This document shows positions 11,779 through 19,690 of a stretch of DNA of 38,137 nucleotides, piece after piece. Under the pieces are notes generated by a model. The model searched no databases and was not told the origin of the DNA. It saw only the letters and a program-made list of their open reading frames with translations. The DNA is from an uncultured Halobacteriales archaeon (lineage in GTDB: Archaea; Halobacteriota; Halobacteria; Halobacteriales; Haloarculaceae): assembly GCA_964477945.1 (NCBI GenBank), contig CAYZGA010000001.1:2008-40144 (forward strand). The letters are read 5' to 3'. Positions within the stretch are counted from its first letter, which is position 1; every line of letters begins with the position of its first letter. A program made the position numbers and the translations under genes.

Positions 11779-12067
11779 TATTCCCCGCCGTTCTCTGCGC
11801 GGTGAGTGAACTCGCTTCTTTCGAACCGGTGAGCCGTTCGGCGGTCGAGAGCACACCACGCCGGAGCACCGGCGAGTCACGGTCCGGCTACCGCGTCGCA
11901 ACACACCGCCGGCACTGGGGTTCCGCGGGTGCCCGGGTCGGCGGCGTGTTCTGGTGGCTATCGGTCCAGTCGTCTCCTCCGGGGTCGGACTGGCGGGTCA
12001 GATGACAGCGGGAGCGTGGACTCGGAGTCTCGGTCGTGGGGCACTCGGCCGTACCATGCCGTGTTCA

Positions 12068-13606
12068 TCACGAACCGACAGTGACAGAGCGGGTTACACT
12101 GTAGCGGTCTCCGCGGGCGTCCACGACTTCGAGCAACACGTTCCTGGTACCCGGTGTATCGAACGAGTGGGTCGCGGCAGGGTCGGACCCGGTCTGGTCT
12201 GCGGTGCCGTCGCGGTCGAAGTCCCAGCGGTACTCGGCAATCTCGCCGGTCGTCGCACTGGCGTCGAAGGTTATCTCCTCGCCCACCGACGGTTCCTCGG
12301 GGGTCCACTCGAAAGCGGGTTCGACCGAGTCCCCGCCCACGGTGAACGCCCGGAACGCGTCGTCAGTCTCCCCATCGGCGGTCTCCACCACGAGTAACAC
12401 CGAGACAGTGCCCGCCTCGTCGAACGAGCGGGTGGTGACCGGGCCGTCGGTGGTCTGGTCGACGGTCCCGTCGGAGCCGAAGTCCCAGCGGTACTCGACG
12501 ATGTCGCCGTTGGAGAACCCGGCGTCGAAGGTCACCTCCTCACCGACATCGGGGCTGTCGGGGCGAATGTCGAACACCGCGTTGACCGGTTGCTCTGCCG
12601 GCAGAACGGGTACGTCCTCGGTCGCCGTATCCACCACCCCGGTCGGTGTCTCCACCTCGAGTGTGACCGGTCTCCCCCCCGCCTCGTCGAACGAGTGGGT
12701 GACGACCGACTCCCCGGTGGTCTCGTCTATCGTCCCGTCGCTGTCGAAGTCCCAGCGGTACTCGACGATGTCGCCCTCGGAGTCGGACGCGTCGAACGTG
12801 ACCGTCTCGCCGACACTCGCCTCCGGTGGGTCGAACGTGAACGCGGCGAAGGCGTCCTCGCTCTCGACGCCGACCGGGACGAACCGACTCGTCGACGCCG
12901 TCTGACCCTCCGTGCTCTCCGCCTGGAGCGTGACACGCTTCGCGCCGGCATCCGCGAACGTGTAGGTCACGACCGCACCAGTCTCCTCGAACTCCCCGTC
13001 GTCGTCGAAGTCCCACCTGAACGTTTCGAGTGACGCCTCGTTGCCCTCCAGTTCGACCGCGCCGAAGCGAATCGGTTCACCGGGCTGTGGGTCGTCCGCC
13101 TGCACCTCGAAGTCGACCAGTATCGTCTCGCCGCCGCCGTTCCCCTGCTGTTCGGTGACGGTCACCTCGACGCTCGTCTCGTCTGTCTGTACGCTCCCGG
13201 GGCTCCGCACCTCCAGTGTGACCGTGTGCGTCCCCGGTCGGTCGAACGTACGTGTCAGTGTCGGCTCAGACGTGCCCAGTGTCGTCCCGTCGTCGGAGAA
13301 CTCCCACACGTACCGCGCTATCTCGCCGGTCGAATCGCTCGCATCTAGTGTGACAGTCTCGCCCGCAGTCACCTCCATCGGGTCCGCGGTGAACGACGCC
13401 TCCACCTCGCCGTCCGGCTCGGAGAACCCGTCGTCGGTGTTGTTTCCGTCGTCGGTGTTGTTCCCGTTGCCGGGGGTGCCGTTCCCGTCGCCGGTGTCGG
13501 TGCTGTTCCCGTCGTCGGACCCGTCGTCACCACCGCCGCCGAGACACCCCCCGAGACCTGCGGCTGTGAGCGTTCCTGCCGCTGTGAGAAACTTCCTGCG
13601 GTGCAT
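12068..13606 (-). CDS. Tat-exported lipoprotein with five PKD domains
   Basis: Start reassigned to ATG 13606, preceded by GGAGGT. MHRRKFL...LGGC twin-arginine plus lipobox; D/G/N linker; five ~88-aa repeats of the type F..P...VGE.VTFDAS.S.G.I..YRWDFD.DG. Confidence 0.9.
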   Translation of the reverse strand: MHRRKFLTAAGTLTAAGLGGCLGGGGDDGSDDGNSTDTGDGNGTPGNGNNTDDGNNTDDGFSEPDGEVEASFTADPMEVTAGETVTLDASDSTGEIARYVWEFSDDGTTLGTSEPTLTRTFDRPGTHTVTLEVRSPGSVQTDETSVEVTVTEQQGNGGGETILVDFEVQADDPQPGEPIRFGAVELEGNEASLETFRWDFDDDGEFEETGAVVTYTFADAGAKRVTLQAESTEGQTASTSRFVPVGVESEDAFAAFTFDPPEASVGETVTFDASDSEGDIVEYRWDFDSDGTIDETTGESVVTHSFDEAGGRPVTLEVETPTGVVDTATEDVPVLPAEQPVNAVFDIRPDSPDVGEEVTFDAGFSNGDIVEYRWDFGSDGTVDQTTDGPVTTRSFDEAGTVSVLLVVETADGETDDAFRAFTVGGDSVEPAFEWTPEEPSVGEEITFDASATTGEIAEYRWDFDRDGTADQTGSDPAATHSFDTPGTRNVLLEVVDARGDRYSVTRSVTVGS

Positions 13607-13770
13607 ATACCTCCTGTTCGTCGCTGAGATTCTTTTACTTTGGGGAGTGACACAGGCTGGCAAGTCCCGAGAGAACTGGCCCACACGGTCGGTACAGTCA
13701 CTCTGAATATATTTGCGCGAAGTCGGAACAATTTTTATATATCACTGAATGGTATGTACTCGGAAGGCGA
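13607..13770. promoter_or_regulatory. AT-rich divergent promoter region between PKD lipoprotein and CRTAC1-like gene
   Basis: TTTTTATATA at 13732-13741 lies 30-39 nt before ATG 13771. AATATATT at about 13706-13713 is a candidate TATA for the minus-strand gene. Confidence 0.6.
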
Positions 13771-15534
13771 ATGAACGGGCCAGACAGTCTGCTGGGGCCC
13801 CGGGTGCTCGTGGTTGGTGTGCTGGTGATGGTCGTTCTGGTGGCGCTCAGTGTCCCCTATGGCGGCAGTGTTCTCTCCCCGATGACCGACACGGACGGCC
13901 AGGACGGGTTCGAGCCGCCCGCGCCGGAGGCGATGCCGGGTGACCTCTCGGTCCCGAACGACTCGTTCGCGCAGTTCGAGAACGTAGCCCCGGAGGTCGG
14001 ACCCAACTACCGTACAGTCCCCTCTGTGCAGCAGTTCGTCAGCACCCACGGGTCGTACGTGATAGACATGAACAACAACGGCTACGAGGACCTGCTGCTA
14101 ATCGGTGGGGAACAGCCGGTACTGTTCAAAAATACCGGTGACGGATACGAGCGACACCAGACCTTCGACAGGCCGGAGGTGTCTGCCGCACACGTCCTCG
14201 ACTACGACAACGACGGTTCCCGGGAGATCGCACTTCTCAGTTCCGGCGCGTCCATTGCATTCTACGATAATAGCGGTGGCGAGTTCGTCAGGGAGACTGT
14301 TCAGGGCCAACTGAATGGTCTCCCGACATCGGTCACGTCCGCAGACTTCACGGGCAACGGCTGTCTCGACCTGTACGTGGGTGTGTATTTCGGTTCGGGG
14401 AGCACGGGCGTCCCGGGGCAGATGCTCCTCGAAGCAGCCCAACGTCACCCCGAGTTCCGCCCCGAGACCGACAGGGGGGCGCAGAATATACTCTACAGGG
14501 GTAACTGCGAGGGGGGGTTCGAGGAGATCACGGACGCGGCTGGCGTCGGCGGTTCGGCGTTCACCCTCGCCGTCTCCGGCGTCGACCTCACCGGGGACGG
14601 CCACCCAGATATCCACGTTGGAAACGACTTCACCGGCGACCACATCTACGAGAACCAGGGTGACGGAACGTTCGAGAGACGGGACCTCGGCCCGGCGTCG
14701 GACCGGAACGCGATGTCCAGTACCGCCGTGGACGTGACCGGGAACCACCGTCTGGACCTGTTTGTCACCAACGTCTACTTCGAGAACCCGGGGAACACGA
14801 CATCGCTCGTCCCGGTCACCCGGACACCACTCCCGTACGGGAACAACCTGTTCGCCAACCAGGGTAACGGTGAGTTCCGTGACATCGCGCCCGAGCACGG
14901 CCTGAATCGCGGCGGATGGGGCTGGGGGTCGACCGTCGCGGACTACAACAACGACGGTCACCTGGACGTGATTCACGCGTCCACCTACACCAGCCCCGGG
15001 GTCGTCGACGACCAGCCGTCGGTGTTCTTCCCGCCACAGGTCTGGACGGGGACGACAGACTCCTGGCAGAAGCTGAACGGCTCCAGCGTCGGGTTCCGGG
15101 GGCACAACGCCCGCGGTCTCGTCCGTGTCGACTACCAGAACGACGGCGCGCTCGACCTCGTGGTCGTCGATAGCCGGACCCAAGCAGACGTGCCCGGCGG
15201 TGTGCCCGCCACGAACCGCACGTTCCTCTACGAGAACCAGCACGACGGCGGCGAGTCGCTCCAGCTGTGGGTGCGAAACCCCGACGGACTGGAGCGCAAC
15301 GCCGAGGTGTACGTCGAAACCGACAGGCGGACTGTCTACCGCGTGGCGAACGCGCGGTCGGACCTCCTGGGACAGGACTCCCGACTCGTCCACGTGGGCA
15401 CCGCCAACGAGGCCGTCGAGCGGGTCGCCGTGGTCTGGCCCGACGGCACCACCACCACCTACGACGACCTCTCCGAGGGAAACCGCTACATCCTCACCCC
15501 CAACCGCGCCGAAACTGTCGACCGAGATTTCTGA
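13771..15534 (+). CDS. CRTAC1 family protein (FG-GAP/VCBS repeats plus C-terminal ASPIC/UnbV domain)
   Basis: N-terminal hydrophobic segment. Repeats DMNNNGYEDL, DYDNDGSREI, DFTGNGCLDL, DLTGDGHPDI, DVTGNHRLDL, GWGWG..ADYNNDGHLDV, DYQNDGALDL. C-terminal LLGQDSRLVHVG...VVWPDG typical of ASPIC/UnbV. Confidence 0.9.
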   Translation: MNGPDSLLGPRVLVVGVLVMVVLVALSVPYGGSVLSPMTDTDGQDGFEPPAPEAMPGDLSVPNDSFAQFENVAPEVGPNYRTVPSVQQFVSTHGSYVIDMNNNGYEDLLLIGGEQPVLFKNTGDGYERHQTFDRPEVSAAHVLDYDNDGSREIALLSSGASIAFYDNSGGEFVRETVQGQLNGLPTSVTSADFTGNGCLDLYVGVYFGSGSTGVPGQMLLEAAQRHPEFRPETDRGAQNILYRGNCEGGFEEITDAAGVGGSAFTLAVSGVDLTGDGHPDIHVGNDFTGDHIYENQGDGTFERRDLGPASDRNAMSSTAVDVTGNHRLDLFVTNVYFENPGNTTSLVPVTRTPLPYGNNLFANQGNGEFRDIAPEHGLNRGGWGWGSTVADYNNDGHLDVIHASTYTSPGVVDDQPSVFFPPQVWTGTTDSWQKLNGSSVGFRGHNARGLVRVDYQNDGALDLVVVDSRTQADVPGGVPATNRTFLYENQHDGGESLQLWVRNPDGLERNAEVYVETDRRTVYRVANARSDLLGQDSRLVHVGTANEAVERVAVVWPDGTTTTYDDLSEGNRYILTPNRAETVDRDF

Positions 15535-15589
15535 GCAATTATAGATAACGTACTCTACAAAATGCTTTTCAGCGAACGTTGTATATGGG

Positions 15590-17005
15590 GTGTCGATGGG
15601 TGGTACACAGCGGGATTCGAGGTTGCGGTCGACGGTGGACGACAGGTGTCGCAGGCGTGCGTTCCTGCTCGGGGCTGGCGTTGCACTCGCCGGAGCGGCC
15701 GGTTGCACTGGCAGTGATGACGACCCGGGCGGGACCGACAACTCGACCGGTCCTGCGGACGACAGCGCGGAGTACGCCGCGGGGTCCGGTCCGGCCGAGG
15801 TGGTGGCGTGGAACCGGGAACTGTTCGGTATCATCCGGTTCACCAGCGAGACACCAACAGAGACCGTCCGGCGGATGGGCATCCTGACGACGGCGATGTT
15901 CGACGCGGCGACGACGGTCACGGCAGCGCGGGGACAGTCCCACTACGAACCGTACGGGAGTTACGACGGCGCACCGGCCGACGGGTCGCCCCTGGCCGCG
16001 CTTGGCGGTGCCGCCCACGAGGCACTGGGCACGATGTACCCGGAGGTCGGGGACGGACTGGACGACCGACTGTCCGGGACACTCGCCACCGCCAGCGAGT
16101 CCGAGGGTGACCTCGATGCAGGCGAGCAGTGGGGTCGGTCGGTCGGCCAGCGGGCAGTCGAGCGACGCGTCGACGACGGACACGACGACCTCGAACGGGG
16201 CGGTTACGAGCCGTGCCCGGGTGAACCGGCGAAGACACCGGGTTGCTGGCGCGGCGGGTCACTCGGCACCTGGCGCGATTCACACTACGCCTTTCTGGAC
16301 ACGTGGGTGCTCGACGGACCGGTCACGTTCGACGGTCCACCGCCGCTGGACAGCGAGGCGTACGCCGAGGGCTGGCAGGAGGTGTACGACATCGGTGACG
16401 ACAGGAACCGCGAGGACCGACCACAGGAGCACATCGACATCGCGCGGTACTGGCGTGGCGGCGCGGGGACGACACGCCCGTCCGGGCGGTGGCTCCGTAT
16501 CGCGAACATCGCCGTCGAGAGCGGCGAGTTCGAGATTACGACACTGGAGACGGCACGGTTGATGGCGCTCGTCTCGCTCGCAGTGGGCGACGCGGGCATC
16601 TCCGCGTGGCACGGGAAACACGAGCACGGGTTCTGGCGGCCAGCCGAGGCGATTCCCGCGGGCGACACCGACGGCAACCCCGACACGTTCGCCGACACCG
16701 ACTGGGAGTCCATCGCCATCGGCAGCAGTCCGGAGTACCCCTCGTCGCTGGCGGCCTTTGCCGGTGCCGGACAGACCGTGCTGTCGCGCGTGCTCGGGAC
16801 CGACGAGTTCGCCTTCGAGATGACCTCCTCGGGACCGCCGGAGCTGACCCGCTCGTTCGAGAGTTTCAGTGAGGCCGCATCGGAGTCGCTCCAGAGTCGA
16901 CTCTACGTCGGCAACCACTTTCCGTTCTCGCTTGCGGACGGGCGAACCGCAGGTGAGACCATCGGCGAGACGGTCCTCGACAGTGTTCTCCGACCGGTCG
17001 AGTGA
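15590..17005 (+). CDS. Vanadium-dependent haloperoxidase-like (PAP2 superfamily) Tat lipoprotein with variant active site
   Basis: RRRAFL...AAGC Tat-lipobox; VVAWN...AMFDA; GPPPLDSEAYAE; motif 1 AWHGKHEHGFWRP; motif 2 PEYPSSL (canonical PSGH); motif 3 SRLYVGNHF. GTG start at 15590 or ATG at 15596. Confidence 0.85.
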   Translation: MSMGGTQRDSRLRSTVDDRCRRRAFLLGAGVALAGAAGCTGSDDDPGGTDNSTGPADDSAEYAAGSGPAEVVAWNRELFGIIRFTSETPTETVRRMGILTTAMFDAATTVTAARGQSHYEPYGSYDGAPADGSPLAALGGAAHEALGTMYPEVGDGLDDRLSGTLATASESEGDLDAGEQWGRSVGQRAVERRVDDGHDDLERGGYEPCPGEPAKTPGCWRGGSLGTWRDSHYAFLDTWVLDGPVTFDGPPPLDSEAYAEGWQEVYDIGDDRNREDRPQEHIDIARYWRGGAGTTRPSGRWLRIANIAVESGEFEITTLETARLMALVSLAVGDAGISAWHGKHEHGFWRPAEAIPAGDTDGNPDTFADTDWESIAIGSSPEYPSSLAAFAGAGQTVLSRVLGTDEFAFEMTSSGPPELTRSFESFSEAASESLQSRLYVGNHFPFSLADGRTAGETIGETVLDSVLRPVE

Positions 17006-17031
17006 ACACCGTTTGTCGGCCTCTTACGAGA

Positions 17032-17046
17032 CGAATACTTTTTTTA
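17032..17046 (+). promoter_or_regulatory. CGAA + T7A element: promoter of the 17070 gene and candidate oligo-T terminator of the upstream genes
   Basis: cgaatacTTTTTTTA; the T-run starts 34 nt after the haloperoxidase stop and the element ends 24 nt before ATG 17070. Confidence 0.55.
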
Positions 17047-17069
17047 CCCTCACTGTACAACGGTAGCCA

Positions 17070-18629
17070 ATGGTACTGCAGACAGGCGAGCGGGGGCAGG
17101 CGCTGCAGGTTGGGGCCGTGCTGTTGTTTGGACTTCTCATCGTTCTGTTTACCGTCTGGCAGGCGTTCGTCATCCCGGACCAGAACGAGCGTGTAGAGTT
17201 CAGCCACAATCAGGACATACAGAGCGACATGGTCGAACTTCGAGGCGACCTCATCTCGATGTCGGACAGCACCTCACCGACGTCGTCGTCGCTCGAACTC
17301 GGCACCCAGTTTCCCACCCGCCTGTTGTTCGTGAACCCGACACCCGCGGTCGGAACCCTCCAAACAAAGACCGTAGGCAACGGGGTGTTCGAACTCGACA
17401 ACGCGCAGGCAGTACAGGATGATATCAGCCAGTTCTGGAACGGAACAAATCGAACATATCGCTCTGAGTCGGTCGAGTACGTGCCGGACTACCGCGTCTT
17501 CCAAGGCGCACCACGAACAGTCTACGACAACACTGTCACGTACAATGTGTTCGACCTGGAGGACGGGAACACGTCGACACTGTCTGCACAGGCACTCATC
17601 GACGGTGACACTATCACGTTACTCGCCATCGACGGGTCGTTCGCGGAGACTGCCATCGGGAGCGTGACGCCCGACATACAACCGGTCAGCACGCAATCCA
17701 GAAGCGTCGCCATCGAGTCACCGGGACCGGACCCGCTCACAATCAATGTCTCGACTGAACTTGAGCGCTCCAGCTGGGAGAGTCTACTGGAGGGGGAATC
17801 AAACGTTGTGGGTGTCACGGAGTTCGGCAACGAGACGGTCCAAATTCAGCTGGATCCCGATACCGAGTACGAGCTCAGGCTAGCGAAGATCGGTTTCGGA
17901 CCGGGTGCAAGTGACCCCAACCCCGCGTATCTCACCGAAATCGACGAGCAAGACCGGATCTCTATCGGACAGAACTACACGGTGACAGTTGAGGCGCGAG
18001 ACCGGTTCAACGTGCCGAAAAGTGGGGTCAACGTCACGGCGGAGATTGTGACCGGTGACGGTACAATCACCCCGGAAAACGAGGTCACCAGCCCGAGCGG
18101 ACAGGTGGATTTCACTCTGGACCCGAACGAGGTTGCGCTTGACCCCGGCGACAGGGTCGGTGTCGAGTTCGAGATGGCTCCGAACCAGACGCTCAACCCG
18201 GACGCCGTCGATAGCTTCACCGCTAACTACACGATAGAGTCACCGACCGGAGCCGGGCGACTGAATCTCGAGTGGGAACAAAAGAATAGCACGACAACCC
18301 CCAACTGTGACAACGCGAGCGACGCAGCATACTGTACAATCCCGACCAGTGGAATCGGCAGCACATACCGACTCCACCTGCACGCAAACGACACCGCCCC
18401 CGCTCAGGTCAGCGGTATCGAGGCTCGCTTCGTCAACACCAATACGTCAGCTGTCCAGATTACTGGCCCTGCTGACCCTCCGAAAAGGCAGTTTGGTAAC
18501 TCTCCGGACGGGACTGATCCCGATGACAAGATTACTGTCCTGTTCCGTCCGAAAAAAGCGGGCAGTACAACCTTCGTCGCCACCGCTGGCGGGGATACAC
18601 AGGTGGTGGAAATCGAGGTTGGACCCTGA
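17070..18629 (+). CDS. Pilin-like (class III signal peptide) surface protein, paralogue of 109-2277
   Basis: ERG/QALQVGAVLLFGLLIVLF; VIPDQNERVEFSH, FVNPTPAVG, FWNGT, ELRLAKIGFG, YLTEI and VTVEARDRFNVPKSGVNV align by eye with the 109-2277 protein. The C-terminal ~125 aa differs and has two Cys. Confidence 0.8.
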   Translation: MVLQTGERGQALQVGAVLLFGLLIVLFTVWQAFVIPDQNERVEFSHNQDIQSDMVELRGDLISMSDSTSPTSSSLELGTQFPTRLLFVNPTPAVGTLQTKTVGNGVFELDNAQAVQDDISQFWNGTNRTYRSESVEYVPDYRVFQGAPRTVYDNTVTYNVFDLEDGNTSTLSAQALIDGDTITLLAIDGSFAETAIGSVTPDIQPVSTQSRSVAIESPGPDPLTINVSTELERSSWESLLEGESNVVGVTEFGNETVQIQLDPDTEYELRLAKIGFGPGASDPNPAYLTEIDEQDRISIGQNYTVTVEARDRFNVPKSGVNVTAEIVTGDGTITPENEVTSPSGQVDFTLDPNEVALDPGDRVGVEFEMAPNQTLNPDAVDSFTANYTIESPTGAGRLNLEWEQKNSTTTPNCDNASDAAYCTIPTSGIGSTYRLHLHANDTAPAQVSGIEARFVNTNTSAVQITGPADPPKRQFGNSPDGTDPDDKITVLFRPKKAGSTTFVATAGGDTQVVEIEVGP

Positions 18630-18773
18630 CCCTGCCCTGTGCCCCAGTTGCGCGGGGTGCCGTATTTCGAGCCAACTCTATCAGAGACAGTACGAGTTAC
18701 CTGCCCCACTGTGTACGAGGATGGAGCGCGCACACTCCGCAGTGTTCCTGTTTTATCCGGCTGTACGGGAGAC

Positions 18774-19628
18774 TCACACCGCGACGATATCGTCGTCCTC
18801 GTCGGCCGGGAGGTTCACCGTGCCCGCCACGCCGAGCAACGCCCGCCCGGTAACCCGTCCGGAGTCGAGCCCCGCGTCGAGTGTCGCCGGACTGCCGAGA
18901 AAGCGTCCGGACTCCACCCTGACGGTGTCTCGCTCGCCGTCGTAGGCGTCCCGTGTCGCCAGATACCGCGCACACCCGGCAGCACCGACACCGGTGGCGG
19001 CCCGCTCGCCACCCGATTCGAACACCCGCAGGTGGATGTCCGACTCGGCCGCGAGCGTGTCGAAGGTGAACGCGACCAGGCGCGTTCGCCCGTCGAGCAG
19101 GTCCGCGAGCGCACCCGGTGACGGCGAGAGGCCCCCGAGCGCGTCGAGGAAGGTGACCGGGACGAGCAACGACCCGCCCGCGCCGGTGGCCGTCCCGACA
19201 GGCAGACCGAGGTCCGACACCGCCGCAGTGGACAGGCCGAGCGCCTTTGCGACCGTCGTCGCGTCGACATCGGCCCGCCCGACGGACTGGTCTGTCTCGA
19301 CGGTCACCGTCCGGTCGGCTCCAAGTTCGACCGTCGAGACGCTCTCGGCGGTCGTCAGGGTGTGAGTTCCCGGGTCCAGGTCGGCCTGCTCGTGCAGGCC
19401 GACAGCGCCGGCAACCGCCGCGGCGACGGGCGCGCCGTGGTCGGTTCGCGGGACGTGGCGGAGTTCGTCGTCCCGCCGTGTGACCAGACCGGGTGCGCCA
19501 ACCTCCGACGCCACCGCACGCAACTGTGTGTCTGTCAGTTCGCTCCCGTCCGGCAGGACGGGTATCCCGACGCCACCGAGCGGTTCGTCCGCGAACGCGT
19601 CGACCACGAGCAGTTCTCGCCGTTCCAT
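18774..19628 (-). CDS. PhzF/diaminopimelate-epimerase-like protein, degenerate
   Basis: VVDAFADEPLGG start, LRVFESGGERAATGVGA (cf. EDPATGSA), VESGRFLGSP (cf. QG..GRP), VTGRA; lacks GNP, SET and CGHAT. Confidence 0.7.
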   Translation of the reverse strand: MERRELLVVDAFADEPLGGVGIPVLPDGSELTDTQLRAVASEVGAPGLVTRRDDELRHVPRTDHGAPVAAAVAGAVGLHEQADLDPGTHTLTTAESVSTVELGADRTVTVETDQSVGRADVDATTVAKALGLSTAAVSDLGLPVGTATGAGGSLLVPVTFLDALGGLSPSPGALADLLDGRTRLVAFTFDTLAAESDIHLRVFESGGERAATGVGAAGCARYLATRDAYDGERDTVRVESGRFLGSPATLDAGLDSGRVTGRALLGVAGTVNLPADEDDDIVAV

Positions 19629-19690
19629 ACCGCCGCTACCGGTGCCAGCGGAATGATACTGTCGCCGGCGGGCCGGGTGCGGACGGGCCG

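Noticed and set aside
12217..12775. 20-31-nt direct repeats as a CRISPR array
   Set aside because: Spacing is 261-267 nt, the copies are in frame and encode the PKD YRWDF motif, and no cas genes are present.
13607..13684. N-terminal extensions given by the ORF track (also 30970-31002, 32265-32567, 34235-34375)
   Set aside because: Downstream starts fit better with signal peptides, SD/TATA spacing and stop-start coupling.
13771..15534. UnbV domain as sign of an enediyne biosynthetic cluster
   Set aside because: No PKS, thioesterase or other enediyne cassette genes are in the window, and ASPIC/UnbV proteins occur widely outside such clusters.
18774..19628. PhzF-like gene as evidence of phenazine or halogenated metabolite biosynthesis with the haloperoxidase
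   Set aside because: No other phz or biosynthetic genes, catalytic motifs are lost, and it is cytoplasmic and on the opposite strand.
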